DNA of 20,224 nt from positions 1-20,224 of the forward strand of contig JAYUGC010000192.1 in NCBI GenBank assembly GCA_043767805.1, given 5' to 3'. The position numbers and the translations under genes are program-made. This stretch comes from Pseudomonadota bacterium. Lineage in GTDB: Bacteria > Bdellovibrionota > FAC87 > UBA2466. Under the pieces are notes generated by a model. It was given only the letters and a program-made list of their open reading frames with translations, did no database searches and was not told the origin of the DNA. Position 1 is the stretch's first letter. Every line of letters starts with the position of its first letter. Positions 16,668 through 20,224 of the stretch are shown here, piece by piece.

Positions 16668-17726
16668 TTATGCCGCTTTTTTCTTACGGCTGGAGAGGCC
16701 TTCGACAATCTCTTTCAAGATGTTCGGAAGGCTCATCCCTAAGCGGAAGGACGGGTAATGAGCGCGGAACTTGCTCATGTCCGAGTAGTAGCAAATGTGG
16801 TCACCCTTACGAGCCTGGTCCACATAGGTGGTGTTCACTTTGACGCCGAACTCGGCCTTCAAGGTGTTCACCACTTCGAGTAGCGAGGCGCTGTTCTCGA
16901 AGCCGCCGCCAAGGTTATAGACTTCGCCCGGGCGCGGGTTCTTGCGGAACAGCTCACAGGCTTGGAGCACGTCCGACGAGTGAATCTGGTCGCGGACCTG
17001 CTTACCTTTGTAGCCGAAGATGGAATAGGTCTTGTGCTCGATGCCGCACAAGATGATGTAGTTCAGAAATCCGTGGAGTTCGACGCCCGCGTGGCGCGAT
17101 CCGGTGAGACAGCCGCCGCGCAGGATGCCGACGTTCAAGCCGAAGTACCTGCCGTACTCCTGGCAGAGAATGTCGGCCGAAAGCTTGGAAGCGCCAAAGA
17201 GGGAGTGCAAGCAGCGATCGACGGAAAGCGTTTCATCGATGCCCTTTCCTTTCATCGGGCTCTTGTACTCGTAGCGCGTCGCCGCCTCACTCATGGGGAG
17301 GAAGTTGGGCGCGTCGCCGTACACCTTATTGGTGCTCATGAACACGAACACGGCTTTGGGCGCGAACTGGCGCATCCCTTCCAGGAGATTCAAGGTCGCC
17401 ATGGCGTTGACTTCAAAATCGGTGAAAGGCTCGCGAGCCGCCCAATCGTGGGAGGGCTGGCTGGCCGCGTGGAGAATGAAATCGGGCTGAAACTCGCGGA
17501 GGCAGCGGAAGACTTCCGCGCGGTCCCGGATGTCGAAAGCTTGGTGCTTGTAATTGGTGTAGCTTCTGAGGAGCTGCTCCCGCGTTCCCGTCGTATCTCC
17601 GCCAGGGCCGAAGAAGTACTGCCGCAGGTTATTGTCGATCCCGCACACTTCATGACGCTGCGAAGCGTAAAAGATGACCGCTTCCGAACCAATCAAACCG
17701 CAGCTTCCCGTGATCAAGACTCTCAT
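16668..17726 (-). CDS. NAD-dependent nucleotide-sugar epimerase/dehydratase (extended SDR, CDP-paratose/tyvelose epimerase RfbE-like), 352 aa
   Basis: Start moved to ATG 17726, with RBS AAGGGG. Motifs LITGSCGLIGS (GxxGxxG), HAASQPSH, STNKVYG, GKQVRDQIH and YNLGGG. The catalytic position reads FGASK. Confidence 0.88.
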   Translation of the reverse strand: MRVLITGSCGLIGSEAVIFYASQRHEVCGIDNNLRQYFFGPGGDTTGTREQLLRSYTNYKHQAFDIRDRAEVFRCLREFQPDFILHAASQPSHDWAAREPFTDFEVNAMATLNLLEGMRQFAPKAVFVFMSTNKVYGDAPNFLPMSEAATRYEYKSPMKGKGIDETLSVDRCLHSLFGASKLSADILCQEYGRYFGLNVGILRGGCLTGSRHAGVELHGFLNYIILCGIEHKTYSIFGYKGKQVRDQIHSSDVLQACELFRKNPRPGEVYNLGGGFENSASLLEVVNTLKAEFGVKVNTTYVDQARKGDHICYYSDMSKFRAHYPSFRLGMSLPNILKEIVEGLSSRKKKAA

Positions 17727-17749
17727 TTCGTTCCCCTTTGCTGCCTGAT

Positions 17750-17778
17750 TTATCGGCAGGAAAAACAGATTCATTGAG
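17750..17778 (-). promoter_or_regulatory. Putative sigma-28 (FliA) promoter for the RfbE-like epimerase (and possibly dus)
   Basis: The minus strand reads CTCAA-N16-GCCGATAA, with a perfect FliA -10 box. It lies 23 bp upstream of ATG 17726 and downstream of an intrinsic terminator, so the gene probably needs its own promoter. Confidence 0.6.
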
Positions 17779-17837
17779 AGATTGTGCGGATTAGGTTCGA
17801 AGCGGACTGATGCATTGAGTCGCGAGGGAAAGCGCTT

Positions 17838-17879
17838 AAAAAACAAAGGCCCGGCCCGCCCACTACGGCGGCCCGGGCC
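17838..17879 (-). terminator. Rho-independent terminator of the small lipoprotein gene
   Basis: 13-bp GC stem with one mismatch (17848-17860 / 17867-17879) and a 6-nt loop, followed on the minus strand by TTTGTTTTTT. Confidence 0.85.
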
Positions 17880-17915
17880 CTCTATAAGAGTGGTTGCCCG
17901 TGAAGGGCGCTCACC

Positions 17916-18167
17916 TTAGCCGGACTTTTTCTTGGACTTGGCCTTCTTCGTGGTCTTCGTCTTCGTGGCCGAAGACGCATCGAGGGTCGGAGACTTCGTC
18001 TCGACCTTGGCTTCGTCCGTCTTCACGGTCTCGGTCGCCGCCGTGGTAGGCGTCGTCTCGGTGGTGGTCTCAGAAGCCTTTTCCGTCGTGGCGGTCGTCG
18101 TCGTCTCGTTGCTCGAGCAGGCGGCCAAGAAGAAAAGGGTAGCAAGAATCGTTAGCAAGTTTTTCAT
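17916..18167 (-). CDS. Small lipoprotein, 83 aa, Thr/Glu-rich disordered body with a Lys-rich tail
   Basis: ATG 18167 with RBS GGAG. Signal MKNLLTILATLFFLAAC with lipobox LAA|C. Followed by a terminator. Confidence 0.8.
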   Translation of the reverse strand: MKNLLTILATLFFLAACSSNETTTTATTEKASETTTETTPTTAATETVKTDEAKVETKSPTLDASSATKTKTTKKAKSKKKSG

Positions 18168-18276
18168 CGAATACTCCAGATGCACTTAAAGCGAAGCTCT
18201 TTCACAATCCGAACCCGGTCTTCCTAAGGCAGAGCTTCTTAGCCTCGAGTCCGGACACGTACTTTCGCGCTGCCGC

Positions 18277-18306
18277 ACTTTAACTCATGATTTCCCAACA
18301 TTTCAA
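18277..18306 (-). promoter_or_regulatory. Possible sigma-70-type promoter for the lipoprotein gene
   Basis: The minus strand reads TTGAAA-N18-TAAAGT, which would give a leader of about 100 nt. Confidence 0.3.
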
Positions 18307-18329
18307 ACGCGAAACGGGGGAAAAACCGC

Positions 18330-19181
18330 TTAGAGAGAATCGATGAAATTGCTCTCCACCCGGCGAAACGCCCGGATGCCGGCGAGCAAAAAGGCCAAGG
18401 TAAGCCCCAAAGAGCACCCTAAAGCGTGCCAGCCGACGAGACCGCGCCCGAAAAGGCCGTGACGAAAGGCCTCGACCACGGGGCTCAAGGGGTTCACGTA
18501 GAGCCACCACCAGCAAGAAGCCGGCAAAGAGGTGGCGGGATAAATCACCGGCGTGCCGTACATGATGAGGGGAATGACGAAGCCGATGAGATTTTGAAAG
18601 TCGCGATGGCGCACGGTCATCGCCGCGCTATAGAGCCCGGCCCCGAGACTGAGTAGCGCGATCTGAAGCATCAGAAACGGAAGGGCCAAAAGCCAAACGG
18701 TAGGAGCGATGCCCTTCGTCTCTCCCAGAAAATAGAGGGCGCCGTAAAAAGTGGCGACGAGTCCCAGCTGAAGTAACACCGTGAACAGCCGGGAGATGAC
18801 CACCGAGAGTGGAAGCATCAGACGCGGAAAATAAACTTTCGACAAAAGCGGCGCGTGACTCCGCAAGCAATCCCCAACGCTTTCGAAAGACTGGTAGAAA
18901 TAATTCCAGACCACCAGCCCCGAGAGATAAAAGAGCACCGGCGGAACTTCATCGGTGCTGACTTTCGCCACTTTATGAAAGACCACGCAAAAGGTCAGCG
19001 TCATCAAGAGCGGCTGAAGCAAGAACCAAAGCGGTCCGAAAAGATTCTGACGGTACTTGTAGAGAAAGTCCCGGCGAACGAAGCTGTAGAGCAGCTCGCG
19101 TCGCTCCCAGATTTCGCGCACCTCCAGCGAGCCGAAAGCGTCCGTGTCCTCGCCCAGGATTTGTATGTCATCGGAAGTCAT
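18330..19181 (-). CDS. wzm: ABC-2 type polysaccharide (O-antigen/glycan) export permease, Wzm-like, 283 aa
   Basis: Start moved to ATG 19181, which forms an ATGA overlap with the upstream stop. Motifs RDFLYKYRQ..G.LW.LLQPL, KVYFPR, RDFQ, MYGTPVIYP and NPLSPVVEAFR. About 6 TM segments. Confidence 0.88.
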   Translation of the reverse strand: MTSDDIQILGEDTDAFGSLEVREIWERRELLYSFVRRDFLYKYRQNLFGPLWFLLQPLLMTLTFCVVFHKVAKVSTDEVPPVLFYLSGLVVWNYFYQSFESVGDCLRSHAPLLSKVYFPRLMLPLSVVISRLFTVLLQLGLVATFYGALYFLGETKGIAPTVWLLALPFLMLQIALLSLGAGLYSAAMTVRHRDFQNLIGFVIPLIMYGTPVIYPATSLPASCWWWLYVNPLSPVVEAFRHGLFGRGLVGWHALGCSLGLTLAFLLAGIRAFRRVESNFIDSL

Positions 19182-20161
19182 GAAAGGTATTTGAACCAGT
19201 CTTCGGTCGCTTTCGCGATGGAGTCCGGCGTCCAAACGGGCGCGTCTTTCCAAAGCTCGATCTGATGCAAGAGCTCCCTCACTCCGTCGTCAAAAGCGAC
19301 CTTCGGTTTCCAGCCGAGCGCGCTCTCTATTTTTTTAATGTCGGCGAAAGTGCAATCGGGCTCACCCGGCCGCTTGGGAATGTGGATAACCGCTCCGCCG
19401 AGAATTTCCACGAGATGATTCACCGAGTGCGTGCCGCCGCTACCGACGTTGAAAATCTCTCCCGTGAAAGAGGAGTTCGCGGCGGTCATCAGCGCATCGA
19501 CGATGTCGGTGACGTAGGTGAAGTCGCGGGTCTGGGTGCCGTCGCCGACCACGGTGAGCGGCTGGCCATGTAATTTCTGCGAGAGGAAAACTCCGAATAC
19601 GGCGCCGTAAGTCCCGGAAGTGCGCGCGCGCGAGCCGAACACGTTGAAGAAACGAAGCGACAGCGCCGGCATGCCGTACACCTGCGCCCAATGCAAAACC
19701 AAGCACTCACCTAAGTATTTGGTCAGCGCGTAAGGATACTGCGGAGAAATCGGAGACGTCTCGGGCGTCGGGTATTTTTCGGGAATGCCGTAGCAGGAAG
19801 ACGACGCCGCGTAGAGAAACCGTTTCACGCCGTGCTCACGCGCCGCCTCGAGCACCGCAAGCGTCCCATCCACATTCGCGCGGTGATACAACACCGGCAT
19901 CTGAATCGAAGGAACGATGTCGGCCCGCGCCGCCAAGTGAAACACCCGCTCCGCCCCCGCAAAATGCGGACGAATGGCGTCCAACTCCGCGACATCCGCT
20001 TTTACGAAAGTAACCTCCCTGCTTTGCCGATGCGCGTCGAGATTCGCGAGCCGGCCCACGGAAAGGTCATCGATGACGGTAACGGAGTCACCGCGCCGCA
20101 CGCAGGCATCAACGAGATGGCTGCCAATGAAGCCTGCTCCTCCGGTAACGACGACTTTCAT
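19178..20161 (-). CDS. NAD-dependent nucleotide-sugar epimerase/dehydratase (extended SDR, UDP-hexose 4-epimerase-like), 327 aa
   Basis: Motifs MKVVVTGGAGFIGS, FHLAA, YAASSSCYG, catalytic YALTK (YxxxK), LRFFNVFG, GDGTQTRDFTYV and KRPGE. The frame stays open to the window edge, but the start is placed at the Rossmann-fold Met. Confidence 0.92.
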   Translation of the reverse strand: MKVVVTGGAGFIGSHLVDACVRRGDSVTVIDDLSVGRLANLDAHRQSREVTFVKADVAELDAIRPHFAGAERVFHLAARADIVPSIQMPVLYHRANVDGTLAVLEAAREHGVKRFLYAASSSCYGIPEKYPTPETSPISPQYPYALTKYLGECLVLHWAQVYGMPALSLRFFNVFGSRARTSGTYGAVFGVFLSQKLHGQPLTVVGDGTQTRDFTYVTDIVDALMTAANSSFTGEIFNVGSGGTHSVNHLVEILGGAVIHIPKRPGEPDCTFADIKKIESALGWKPKVAFDDGVRELLHQIELWKDAPVWTPDSIAKATEDWFKYLS

Positions 20162-20224
20162 AGGCTTAATATCCCACAGCCGTGAAGGCATGGGAACGGG
20201 CCGGTCACTGGTTGCTAGATGCTG

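Noticed and set aside
16962..17777. 271-aa + strand ORF, and similar antisense or alternate-frame ORFs at 1150-1842, 7430-8209, 13405-14136 and 14280-15041
   Set aside because: They lie within or opposite stronger genes and are explained by codon bias.
17945..18110. Repetitive GTC/GTG/GGT-rich tract
   Set aside because: It is simply the Thr/Lys codons of the low-complexity lipoprotein. There is no fixed-length repeat-spacer pattern, so it is not a CRISPR array or VNTR.
3899..20191. Longest-ORF starts in the track (3958, 5054, 13141, 17846, 18185, 19253, 20191)
   Set aside because: Downstream starts give proper signal peptides or domain N-termini, and most also have an RBS or stop/start coupling. 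Several of the extensions run through promoter or terminator elements.

Overview
This is a gene-dense bacterial window with no tRNA, rRNA, CRISPR array or mobile element that I can see. The gene content suggests a Bdellovibrionota-like (possibly predatory) genome, but that is inference. The left 13 kb holds six consecutive genes whose products all start with Sec-type signal peptides. One 855-aa protein lies on the + strand and converges on a five-gene minus-strand block. That block has sigma-54-type (GG-N10-GC) promoters and encodes a 1134-aa exported ClpB-NBD2/torsin-like AAA+ ATPase with very large helical insertions. The ATPase gene is flanked by two diverged paralogs that share Cys-capped Gly-rich hydrophobic helices. 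Four of the five proteins share a C-x-x-[AP]-[ALM]-x-x-[LVI] motif. This block is the best candidate for an undescribed system. The right 7 kb holds a CHASE2-like/TM/non-canonical class III nucleotide cyclase/PilZ protein, a Dus-family tRNA-dihydrouridine synthase, two extended-SDR nucleotide-sugar epimerases, a small Thr/Lys-rich lipoprotein with a structured leader, and a Wzm-type ABC permease with no adjacent Wzt. Two sigma-28-like promoters with identical spacing face each other across the cyclase-dus-epimerase segment. All family assignments come from reading motifs by eye; no database searches were run.
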